Source: Planctomycetota bacterium
Lineage (GTDB): Bacteria; Planctomycetota; B15-G4
NCBI GenBank assembly: GCA_965248575.1
Contig: CBDFJQ010000002.1
Coordinates: forward strand, 4,672,001-4,736,000
Reading direction: 5' to 3'
DNA length: 64,000 bases
The position numbers and the translations under genes are program-made. Below are positions 8,262 through 16,480 of the stretch, piece by piece (positions within the stretch are counted from its first letter, which is position 1; every line of letters begins with the position of its first letter). Below the pieces are notes generated by a model, which had not been told where the DNA came from, did not search any database, and worked only from the letters and a program-made list of their open reading frames with translations.

Positions 8262-10046
8262 GTGACCGGCTCAGCCGAAGCAGCCCCCCGTGGCGCAGCC
8301 CCCGGGCGCGCGCTGGACGCTGCGGCGCTGTTGTTCTTCGTGCTGGCCGCGGTGCTCGTGACCTGGCCCCTCGCGGCCTCGCCCGGCGGCTCGGTCAGCC
8401 TGCGGGGCGACTACTTCATCAACCTCTGGAACTTCTGGTGGATGAAGACGTCGGTGCTCGAGGCCGGCAGCTCACCCTTCTTCACCGACGCGCTCTTCCA
8501 TCCGCTCGGGATCTCGCTCGCGCGCCACACCCTGTCTCCGTTGAACTCCCTGGCTGGCGCCCTCTTGAGCGGGCCCTTGGGGCCGCACGACGCCTTCAAG
8601 ACGCTGTTGCTGGTGCACGCGGCGCTGAGCGCTTGGACCTTCTATCTGCTGGCCCTGCGCTTGACGGGCAGCCGGGGGGGCGCGCTGTTCGCCGGCTGCA
8701 TGTGGGCCTTCAACCCCTATCACGCCTTCTACATGGCGCAGATGAACGTCTCGACGCTGGAGTTCCTCCCGCTCGCGGCCTGGTTCATGGTGGGGCTTTG
8801 GCGCAGCGGCCGTTGGCAGGACGGGCTGGGCGTCGTGCTCTCCGCCGGGCTGCTGGCGGCGACATCCTTCTACTACCTCGTCTACGCGGCTTTGCTCGGG
8901 GGCTTGCTGTTGATGGGCGGGCGCTCGATCGCGCCCGATGTGCCGTTCATGAAGGGGGCTCGCCGGCTGCTTCTGGCGGGTGCTGGGGCCGGTGTGCTCG
9001 TGGTCCTGGTCGCCTGGCCCATGGTCTCCGCCATGCTCGGTGCCGAGCCCGCGCTGGAGTCGACCACCGTCGCAAGCGACCTGGAGCGTCAGGCGCTGCG
9101 CTCGAACGACTTGCTTGGCTTCTCGTGGGTGGGGCCGCCGGAGCGTGTGATCGTCTCGTGGCCCACGATGTTCGGCTACACCGCCGTGGCGATGCTGCTG
9201 CTCGGCTACCAGGCCCTGCGGCGGCGAGCTGCCTGGCTGGTGGCGGCGCTGGTCTTCCTTCTGTTGGGCTTGGGGCCCGAGCTCCAGATCGGCGGCGAGA
9301 GCACCGGAATGCCCCTGCCCTATGAATGGCTCTCGGGGCTGCCGATCTTCTCGCTGCTGCGCAAGCCCGATCGCTTCTTCGTCCTGATCGAGTTCTTCGT
9401 CGCTTTGCTGTGTGCCGAGGCGTGGGTCTGCATCTCTGCACGTCTACAGCGGCTCGGGCTGCGCAGGGTGCTGGGCTGCGCAGCGATCCTCAGTCTGTGC
9501 GCGGAGCTCTCGATCGCTCCCGTCGCGACTCATGTGGTGCCTGTGTCGGCTCACCTTGCACAGCTGGCCTCCACGGGGGCGACTTCGCTCGTGGACCTGC
9601 GGCTCTACGGCGGGAGCCCCTTCGATGCCCGTGCCAACCACGCCCAGACGCTGCACGGTCTGGCCATCCCGTCCGGCTATGTGACCAACCTCGCGCTGAC
9701 CACTGAACATCGGGCGAATGCCGCGGCCTGGAAGCGAGCGGACGCCTCTCTCGACCGGGGCAACGCGTCCGCGATCGTCGCCCTGATGGACTCGCAGCAG
9801 GTCGACCTGGTGGCACTGCACCGGACCGAACCCGTGAAGCGCAGACCCGGTCCCGCAGACGGCCGCACGATCTGGGCACCCTTTGCCTTGGCGGACGCAG
9901 GTCTGGTGGACATGCGCCAGAGAGGGCACCTGGAAGAGCAACCGATCCCGCGCACGTTGTGGAACTCCCGGCGACGCGCGCTGCTGAACGCCCTGGGTGA
10001 GCCCCTCTTCGAAGACGAGCTCATCGCCGTGTTCAGGCGGGACTGA
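8262..10046 (+). CDS. Multi-pass membrane protein, GT-C/YfhO-like glycosyltransferase
   Basis: Many TM segments; GDYFINLWNFWW, FHPLGISLA, LRKPDRF; directly downstream of the GT2 gene. Confidence 0.7.
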   Translation: MTGSAEAAPRGAAPGRALDAAALLFFVLAAVLVTWPLAASPGGSVSLRGDYFINLWNFWWMKTSVLEAGSSPFFTDALFHPLGISLARHTLSPLNSLAGALLSGPLGPHDAFKTLLLVHAALSAWTFYLLALRLTGSRGGALFAGCMWAFNPYHAFYMAQMNVSTLEFLPLAAWFMVGLWRSGRWQDGLGVVLSAGLLAATSFYYLVYAALLGGLLLMGGRSIAPDVPFMKGARRLLLAGAGAGVLVVLVAWPMVSAMLGAEPALESTTVASDLERQALRSNDLLGFSWVGPPERVIVSWPTMFGYTAVAMLLLGYQALRRRAAWLVAALVFLLLGLGPELQIGGESTGMPLPYEWLSGLPIFSLLRKPDRFFVLIEFFVALLCAEAWVCISARLQRLGLRRVLGCAAILSLCAELSIAPVATHVVPVSAHLAQLASTGATSLVDLRLYGGSPFDARANHAQTLHGLAIPSGYVTNLALTTEHRANAAAWKRADASLDRGNASAIVALMDSQQVDLVALHRTEPVKRRPGPADGRTIWAPFALADAGLVDMRQRGHLEEQPIPRTLWNSRRRALLNALGEPLFEDELIAVFRRD

Positions 10047-10058
10047 GACTCGCCCCGC

Positions 10059-12524
10059 TCAGCGTAGCGCGAGGCAGCTCTCGCAACGGCAATCCGGGTC
10101 GACGGGGCTCAGCCCGGACACTGATTCGGCGCCATCGGTGTAGCCCAGCGCAACGAGCCCGGCCAGGGTCGCCGCATCCAGCTCTGCGCGCGGTGCCGCT
10201 TCTGCCAAGGGGCTTGCCTGCTCCAGCCACCCCAAGAGCAAGGCCCGCAAACGACGAGCGACATCCTTGTGATCGCTCGCCACACTCGTCTGGCAGTTGG
10301 GGTCTGCGTTCAGATCATAGAGCTCGACGTGATGTCTGGGGATGGCAGGCGGGATGTTGGCCGGAAGGTGTTCGACCAGGTGCAACGCCAGGTACCACTG
10401 GTCCATGAACACGCTGGCCACCTCGCCACGCGGGGCGAGGGCGAAGCGCGGTTGGTTCCGGGCCGCCCGTGCTTGGAGCCCGCTCTGCTCGATGAGGCTG
10501 CGGCCGGGGAACGGGACATCGTCGAGCCCGCCCAGGTCGAGCAGCGTGCGGCCCAGGTCGAGGCTCGTCACGGGCTGCGGCGAACGCCCCGGCTCCACTC
10601 CCGGTGCGAGCAGGATCAGGGGCACGCGCAAGGTGGCGGGATACAGCTCGCCATGGGTGAACCAGGCGCGGTGTTCGAGCAGCGCCTCACCGTGATCGGA
10701 GGTGAACGCCAGCACCACATCGTCCCGGGGGAGTTGGCTCAGGGAGCGGCCGAGAACCTGGTCCAGGTGGCTCACCTCGCTCTTGTAGAGCGCCACGGGG
10801 TACTCCCGATCGCGCAGGCCACCCAGCGCATGGTAGATGCGATCCTTCGGGATCTCGGGCAGGGTGGGGTCGTAGGGGTCCTTGTCTGCGGGGTAATAGA
10901 GCCCATCGAACTCGGGGTGTGAGACATAGGGCGCGTGGACATCGAAGACGTGCAGCCACACGAACAGGTCGCGCTCCTTCGCCTCTGGCCACCAGCTGTC
11001 CAGGAGGGCAATGGTCTGCGCAGCCTCGCGATCTGGTTGCACCGGCGCCGACATGCGGTCGAAGCCCTGCCCCAATCCCGAGAGGTCGTTCGCGAGATGG
11101 CGCGTGCTCACCGCCGCCCAGGTGGCGAAGCCTGCGTCGCGGAAGATCTCGGCCATGGTCGTGGCTGTTTGCGAGACGGGCGTGACGTTGTCGAAGACCC
11201 CCGAGTTCCGGGAGCTCAGGCCGGTCAGCAACGAGATGTGGGCTGGGTTGGTGAGGTTGGAAGGCGAGGTGCAGTCTTCGAACAGGAGGCCTCGTGCCGC
11301 CAAGTCGTCGAGGAAGGGGGTCTGCACGCCCACGCCGTCGCGCGCCATGCCGATGTGATCCGCGCGGTGGGTGTCCGAGGTGATCAACATCACGGTACGC
11401 GGAGACGTCTTGCGTTGGACCAGCTGCGGTTCCACCAGGGCCAAGGCATGGCCGCGAGTGCTGCTCGATCCATCACCCCCAGGCTCCACGATGAAGCGGG
11501 CTGTGAGCATGCGCCCTGCCCATGGGCTCAGGTCGAGTCGAGCAAACCTCCAGCCTTCCCGTGCCCCTGCCTCGGGTAGCCCGGCCTGCGGAGCTTCGCC
11601 GTCGAAGATCGCATCGTGGAAGACGGTGCCATCCTCGTGCGCCAGGCTGAGGCGCAACTGGCTCTCGGCGAAAACCCAGTTCGGCTGGGCCCACATCAAC
11701 TCCAACCAGCGCCCCACTTGGGCCTCGATCACGGTCTCCAACGGCCGCTCGGGCACGAGCCCTACGGCGCGGCGGGACTCGGTGCCCACTCGCACGAGGT
11801 CGGGGCCTACGGACGGATCGGGTAGGCGCAGGGAGGCCGGTCGATGCCGCAGCTCGAGGCTGATGATCCCCAGGCCCTTGCCGGGGGCGACTCGTTGATC
11901 ACGGAACCAACGGCCGGGGATGCGCACGACCACCTGGTCAATGGGGGCAGGACTCCTCAAGCGTTCGAACCCGAACTCGAGCTCATGCACGACATTGATG
12001 CCCGACGCCGCGACCGGCTCCGTCAGGTACATGATCTCACCGTCGCGGTGCAGAGCCAGTTGGAATTTGGCCTGCCCGCGCACGACCACCTTCAAGACGG
12101 CTTCGCTGACTTCGGTGGGGTCGAAGCCGCTGTCGGGCAGGCGAACCCTGATCGTGTCCTCGGCCTGAACGCGCAAGACCCGGGCCTCGCGAGCTTCCGG
12201 CAGGTCGAGGGCTTCAACCTGCCAGCTGTCGGCGGAGACGACCCGGCCATCCAGCTCGTCTGCCGGAGGGATCAAGATCTGCCTCACGGTGCGCACGGTG
12301 TCGGCTTCCCACTCCGCAGGTGGGCTCACGGCCAGGCGCTGCACCGTCGGTTTCGGTGCAGGCTTCCTGGCCTCGGCGTCCGAATCGCCACAGCCGAGCA
12401 GGAGCAGTGCACCTATCACCAGCACGGCGGCCGGCTGCAGCCGGCAGTGCCGCCCTCCGGCCTGACCATCGGTTCTCGACGGAAAGCCACGGGCGAGCAT
12501 CGGGAAGAGCATCGGGAAGAGCAT
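10059..12524 (-). CDS. Sulfatase-like (alkaline phosphatase superfamily) hydrolase/transferase, probable lipoprotein
   Basis: ITSDTHRADH, TNPAHISLLTG, HVFDVHAPY, TSDHGE, ELYDLNADP, LVALGY; LLLGC lipobox. Start uncertain. Confidence 0.9.
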   Translation of the reverse strand: MLFPMLFPMLARGFPSRTDGQAGGRHCRLQPAAVLVIGALLLLGCGDSDAEARKPAPKPTVQRLAVSPPAEWEADTVRTVRQILIPPADELDGRVVSADSWQVEALDLPEAREARVLRVQAEDTIRVRLPDSGFDPTEVSEAVLKVVVRGQAKFQLALHRDGEIMYLTEPVAASGINVVHELEFGFERLRSPAPIDQVVVRIPGRWFRDQRVAPGKGLGIISLELRHRPASLRLPDPSVGPDLVRVGTESRRAVGLVPERPLETVIEAQVGRWLELMWAQPNWVFAESQLRLSLAHEDGTVFHDAIFDGEAPQAGLPEAGAREGWRFARLDLSPWAGRMLTARFIVEPGGDGSSSTRGHALALVEPQLVQRKTSPRTVMLITSDTHRADHIGMARDGVGVQTPFLDDLAARGLLFEDCTSPSNLTNPAHISLLTGLSSRNSGVFDNVTPVSQTATTMAEIFRDAGFATWAAVSTRHLANDLSGLGQGFDRMSAPVQPDREAAQTIALLDSWWPEAKERDLFVWLHVFDVHAPYVSHPEFDGLYYPADKDPYDPTLPEIPKDRIYHALGGLRDREYPVALYKSEVSHLDQVLGRSLSQLPRDDVVLAFTSDHGEALLEHRAWFTHGELYPATLRVPLILLAPGVEPGRSPQPVTSLDLGRTLLDLGGLDDVPFPGRSLIEQSGLQARAARNQPRFALAPRGEVASVFMDQWYLALHLVEHLPANIPPAIPRHHVELYDLNADPNCQTSVASDHKDVARRLRALLLGWLEQASPLAEAAPRAELDAATLAGLVALGYTDGAESVSGLSPVDPDCRCESCLALR

Positions 12525-12527
12525 CGG
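12495..12527. repeat. 12-bp tandem repeat (GAGCATCGGGAA x2.75)
   Basis: Encodes MLFP-MLFP-ML at the sulfatase-like gene start. Confidence 0.8.
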
Positions 12528-12607
12528 CACGCCAAGCCTCGCAGGTTCCCGGCACCTGATCCACGACGAGCCCCGGGCAGGGTCGGGCGGATGCGGCGCA
12601 GCCTGCC

Positions 12608-13381
12608 TCAACCAGTCTGCAATTGGCGGTACTGCTCAGGGGTCCCGCCGGTCAGCGCCCGGAATTCATTGCAGAGGTGCGCCTGGTCGGAGTAGCCGGT
12701 GTCCAGCGCGAGCCGGGCCCAGGTCGCAGTGGGCTCATGGGCGGCGCGCTCGAGGACGGCCTGGAGACGGGAGACTCGAGCCAGGACCTTGGGGCTGACG
12801 CCTGTGTATTCGAGGCACTTGCGGCGCAGGTGTTGGCGGCTGATGCCTGTGCTCGCACTGAGGTCCTGCACGTTCACGCGACCTTGGGTCTGACGCAGGA
12901 TAGCGATGGCAGTCATGACGGCGGAATCCGCTTTGCGTGCCTGCTGCAGCAGGCTGCGCAGGAAGTCGATCAGGCGGCGGATGCGGGCCCCTTCGGAAGG
13001 CAGCTCGGCGAGTTCTTCCGCGAGGCTCGATGGGAAGCCCAGCTCACCGAGACTGGTTGAGGCATCGGTCATCTCGTGCATCGGAAGGCTGAGCAGCGGC
13101 CATGCACCTCCGGGGCGAAAGCGGATCCCGATCAGCCGACCCAGGCCGGGCAGGACTGTCTTGGCGTGGGTCATGGCGCCGAGCAGTTCGCCCCGTCCCC
13201 GGTCCAGCCAGAACAGGAAGTCCATGCAACCGTCGGGGTAGACGCGTTGCCCTTCACCGCTCAGGGAGAGCGGGTCCGCTACCCAGAAGCACTCCACGTT
13301 GGCCGAGAGATCCTCCGGCGGGAGGTACTCGCGATACGGAGAGGGAGGGAGGGGCGCTGCTGGCGCCGGATTGGGCTGCAT
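12608..13381 (-). CDS. AraC-family transcriptional regulator
   Basis: YREYLPP...VECFW...VYPDGCMD N-domain; SRQHLRR...GVSPK...GYSDQAHLCNEFRALTGGTP HTH. Confidence 0.92.
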   Translation of the reverse strand: MQPNPAPAAPLPPSPYREYLPPEDLSANVECFWVADPLSLSGEGQRVYPDGCMDFLFWLDRGRGELLGAMTHAKTVLPGLGRLIGIRFRPGGAWPLLSLPMHEMTDASTSLGELGFPSSLAEELAELPSEGARIRRLIDFLRSLLQQARKADSAVMTAIAILRQTQGRVNVQDLSASTGISRQHLRRKCLEYTGVSPKVLARVSRLQAVLERAAHEPTATWARLALDTGYSDQAHLCNEFRALTGGTPEQYRQLQTG

Positions 13382-13497
13382 GCAGCGGATCTTAACCCGG
13401 CTCAGGTGGGGCGTCGCGGCGGGCCTGCGCGGATTCGTCAGGCTCCGGTTCCAATCTTGCAAGAGTGTTCGGGGCTCGCCGGGCATGCTTTGTGCCC

Positions 13498-14010
13498 ATG
13501 AAGATCTCCAAGACGCTCGTACTGCACCTGGCCCTCTTTCCTGCGTTGCTCGCTTTGCTGCTCCCCGGCGCCTGCAGCCATCCCCACGTGGAAGCCCCCG
13601 TGACACTCATCCAGAAGCTCACTCCGGTCCTCTTGGTCGACTCCATCGAAGCCTGTCTGCCCTTCTGGGTCGAGCGGCTCGGTTATGCGGTGACCATGGA
13701 AGTGCCCGACGGTGAGCAGCTCGCGTTCGTCGGTCTGGCCTGCGGCTCCACCGAACTCATGCTGCAAACGAAGGGAGCGCTCGAGGCCGAGCTTCCGCAG
13801 CTGTATCCACCAGGCGAGCGCGCCACCACCTTCCTGTTCCTCGAGGTCGAGAGCCTGGAGGCGGTCACCAAGGCGGTCGAGGGCTACGAGATCGTGGTAC
13901 CTCAGCGAAAGACTTTCTACGGCTCTCTCGAACTCGGAGTGCGCGAGCCCGGTGGGAACCTCGTGGTGTTCGCGGAGTTCGAACAGACCGCCGAGAAAGA
14001 CGGTCCGTGA
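13498..14010 (+). CDS. VOC/glyoxalase-family protein with lipoprotein signal
   Basis: LLPGAC lipobox; KLTPVLLVDSIE..LPFWVERLG...KTFYGSLELGVREPGGNLVVFAE; divergent from AraC. Confidence 0.88.
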   Translation: MKISKTLVLHLALFPALLALLLPGACSHPHVEAPVTLIQKLTPVLLVDSIEACLPFWVERLGYAVTMEVPDGEQLAFVGLACGSTELMLQTKGALEAELPQLYPPGERATTFLFLEVESLEAVTKAVEGYEIVVPQRKTFYGSLELGVREPGGNLVVFAEFEQTAEKDGP

Positions 14011-14153
14011 GGGCGGAACTCGCCGAACAGGGCTGACGAGACAGAGGGTCTGGCCCAATTCCTGCCCTGTGGCTGCTTTGCGACGGCATGGCTTCCAGCA
14101 CACGTTGGCCCGGAATCGAATACCCTCGGCGCACCACGGGAGATCGCTACGCC

Positions 14154-16247
14154 ATGGCCCACTGCTCGCTCGTTCGCAGCTTGTTCGCCCTGTCTGCATG
14201 CGCGTTGTTCCTCGCAGCTTCCGGCAGCGCCCGGGCCCAGACCTTCCCGTCGGACCAGGTGACGCTGCTGGAGTTCCTGCCGCTCAACGGCTTTCCCAGC
14301 AACCCCAGCTCGGCCAATGACTGCTGGGGCTACGTGTCCCCAAGCGGCCGGGAGTACGCCCTGCTGGGTGTGCGCGACGCCGTGGTCGTGGTCGAACTCA
14401 GCGACCCGAGCGGCCCCGTCATCGTGGCCAGCATCCCGCACCAGAGCAGCAACTGGTGCGACATCCGCACCTACGGCAGCTATGCGTACGCCGTGAACGA
14501 GACCGGCGGTGGCATCGACGTCATCGACCTGGGCCAGGTGGACGAGGGCGTTGTGACGCTCGTGCAGCAGGTGATCGATTTTGGCCTGGGCACCTGCCAC
14601 AACATCGCCGTCGACGAGGTCAGCGGCTACCTCTATCTGGCGTCGCCGAACATCAATCAAGGCCGCCTGGTGGCGATGAATCTGAGCGACCCCGCGGACC
14701 CCTTCCTCGAGAACGCGCTGCCGCCACCGCAGGGCGGTGTGTCGCACGATGTCCAGGTGGTCACCTACACCAGCGGCCCCTACACGGGCATGCAGATCGC
14801 CTTCAGTTCGTCGGGCACGGACGGCCTCGAGATCTTCGACGTCACCGACAAGGGTTCGATGTTCAAGATCTCGGATGGCACCTACCCCAACCAGACCTAC
14901 ACGCACCAGGGCTGGCTGAGCGAGGACCGCAAGTACTTCTACATCAACGACGAGCTGGACAGCGTCAACGAGACGGTGATCTTCGACGTGCAGGACATCT
15001 TCAACCCGCTGTTCGTGGGGACGTACACGGCGGGCGTCACCGCGACGGACCACAACGTCTTCGTGCACCAGGGCCGCATCTTCGAGGGCGAGTACCGTGC
15101 GGGCCTGCGCGTCTTCGATGCGAGCGACCCGTTGAACCCCGTGCAGGTCGGCTGGATCGACACCTTCCCCGGCGATGACAGCCCGGGCAGCGGCGGCGTG
15201 TGGGGCGTCTACCCCTTCCTTCCCAGCGGCAAGGTGATCCTCAGCGACAAGACGCGCGGCATGTTCGTGGTCTGGCCCGGGCCGGCGCCGCTGCAGTTCG
15301 ATATCGCTGCCGGAGCGGCACCGCAGCAGGTGTCGCCCAACGAGGAATCCTTCGAGGTGAGCATCACTGCGGACCCCGGCCATGTGCTCGACCCCAGCTC
15401 GCCGAGCCTGGTGTACGACCTCGGGGACGGCCCTGTGGAGGTCCCCATGCTGCCCATGGGCGGCGACTTCTACCGGGCCAGCTTCGGCGCGCTGCCCTGC
15501 GGTGCCCTGGTGCAGTACCACCTGCGCGCAGCCACGACGGCGGGCATCGCCATCCGATCTCCGGTGGGTGCGCCCCAGGACACCTACTTGGCGGTGGCAG
15601 CGGATCAGGCACTACGCGTGCTGGAGGACGACCTCGCGGTGGCGGACGGTTGGATCGCGGGCCTGCCTGGCGATACGGCCGTGGGGGGGCAGTGGCTGCT
15701 GGCCGACCCCATTGCCACCGACGCCCAGCCGGAGGTGGACCACACCCCGGACCCGGTGGACACCTGCTTCGTCACTGGGCAGGGGGCCATGTTCGGCAAC
15801 ATCGGGGACGCGGACGTCGACGGCGGGCAAACCACCCTCGTCAGCCCGGCCCTGGACCTCTCGGCCAGCGGGCAGGCGACGATTGGCTACTGGCGCTGGT
15901 ATCACAACAGCTTCTCGCAGAGCGACGCCGATGAGGGTAACGGCCCCAACCAGGATGTCCTGCGGGTGCAGATCAGCGACGACAATGGCGAGACATGGGT
16001 GCCGGTGGAGACCGTCGGCCCCGGCGGCTCGGAGTCTGGCGGCAATTGGTTCCTGCACTCCTTCGACGTGGGCTCCCTCGTGGAGCTCACAACCACGGTG
16101 CGTTTGCGATTCATCGTGAGCGACTTCGGGTCCCTGTCCATCGTCGAGGCGGCCATCGATGACCTGCTGGTGTTCAGCATCGACTGCGCCCCGCCCAAGG
16201 TGCGTACGAACGTGAAACAGGGTGGCGTGGCGCCGCCCTTGCAGTAA
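14154..16247 (+). CDS. Choice-of-anchor B (LVIVD-repeat) secreted protein
   Basis: ANDCWGYVSPSGREYAL, YTHQGWLSED, NDELD, DHN, GGVWGVYPFLPSG; C-terminal MAM-like region (DADVDGGQTTLVSP...VEAAIDD). Confidence 0.88.
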   Translation: MAHCSLVRSLFALSACALFLAASGSARAQTFPSDQVTLLEFLPLNGFPSNPSSANDCWGYVSPSGREYALLGVRDAVVVVELSDPSGPVIVASIPHQSSNWCDIRTYGSYAYAVNETGGGIDVIDLGQVDEGVVTLVQQVIDFGLGTCHNIAVDEVSGYLYLASPNINQGRLVAMNLSDPADPFLENALPPPQGGVSHDVQVVTYTSGPYTGMQIAFSSSGTDGLEIFDVTDKGSMFKISDGTYPNQTYTHQGWLSEDRKYFYINDELDSVNETVIFDVQDIFNPLFVGTYTAGVTATDHNVFVHQGRIFEGEYRAGLRVFDASDPLNPVQVGWIDTFPGDDSPGSGGVWGVYPFLPSGKVILSDKTRGMFVVWPGPAPLQFDIAAGAAPQQVSPNEESFEVSITADPGHVLDPSSPSLVYDLGDGPVEVPMLPMGGDFYRASFGALPCGALVQYHLRAATTAGIAIRSPVGAPQDTYLAVAADQALRVLEDDLAVADGWIAGLPGDTAVGGQWLLADPIATDAQPEVDHTPDPVDTCFVTGQGAMFGNIGDADVDGGQTTLVSPALDLSASGQATIGYWRWYHNSFSQSDADEGNGPNQDVLRVQISDDNGETWVPVETVGPGGSESGGNWFLHSFDVGSLVELTTTVRLRFIVSDFGSLSIVEAAIDDLLVFSIDCAPPKVRTNVKQGGVAPPLQ

Positions 16248-16442
16248 CGGGTCTCGTGACCTTGCATCCGTCGGGCACCCTCGCACGTCACGCCGTTCTG
16301 TCTTCGGGGCGGGCGCACCCGACCCCGCGTGATGCGTGAGGGGAAGGCTGGAATCACCAGCTGCTCGTGCTGGAAATGGTTGGTCGCCAAGCGCTCGCGG
16401 TGCGGCTTCGGTCGCGGCCCAAGCCGCCGCCGAGCAAGCTTC

Positions 16443-16472
16443 TTGACGAATCAACTGACCCCACCCTAGTCT
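16443..16472 (+). promoter_or_regulatory. Putative sigma70 promoter, likely leaderless transcript of EF-G2
   Basis: TTGACG-N18-TAGTCT ending 8 nt before ATG 16481; no clear SD. Confidence 0.5.
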
Positions 16473-16480
16473 GAGATACC

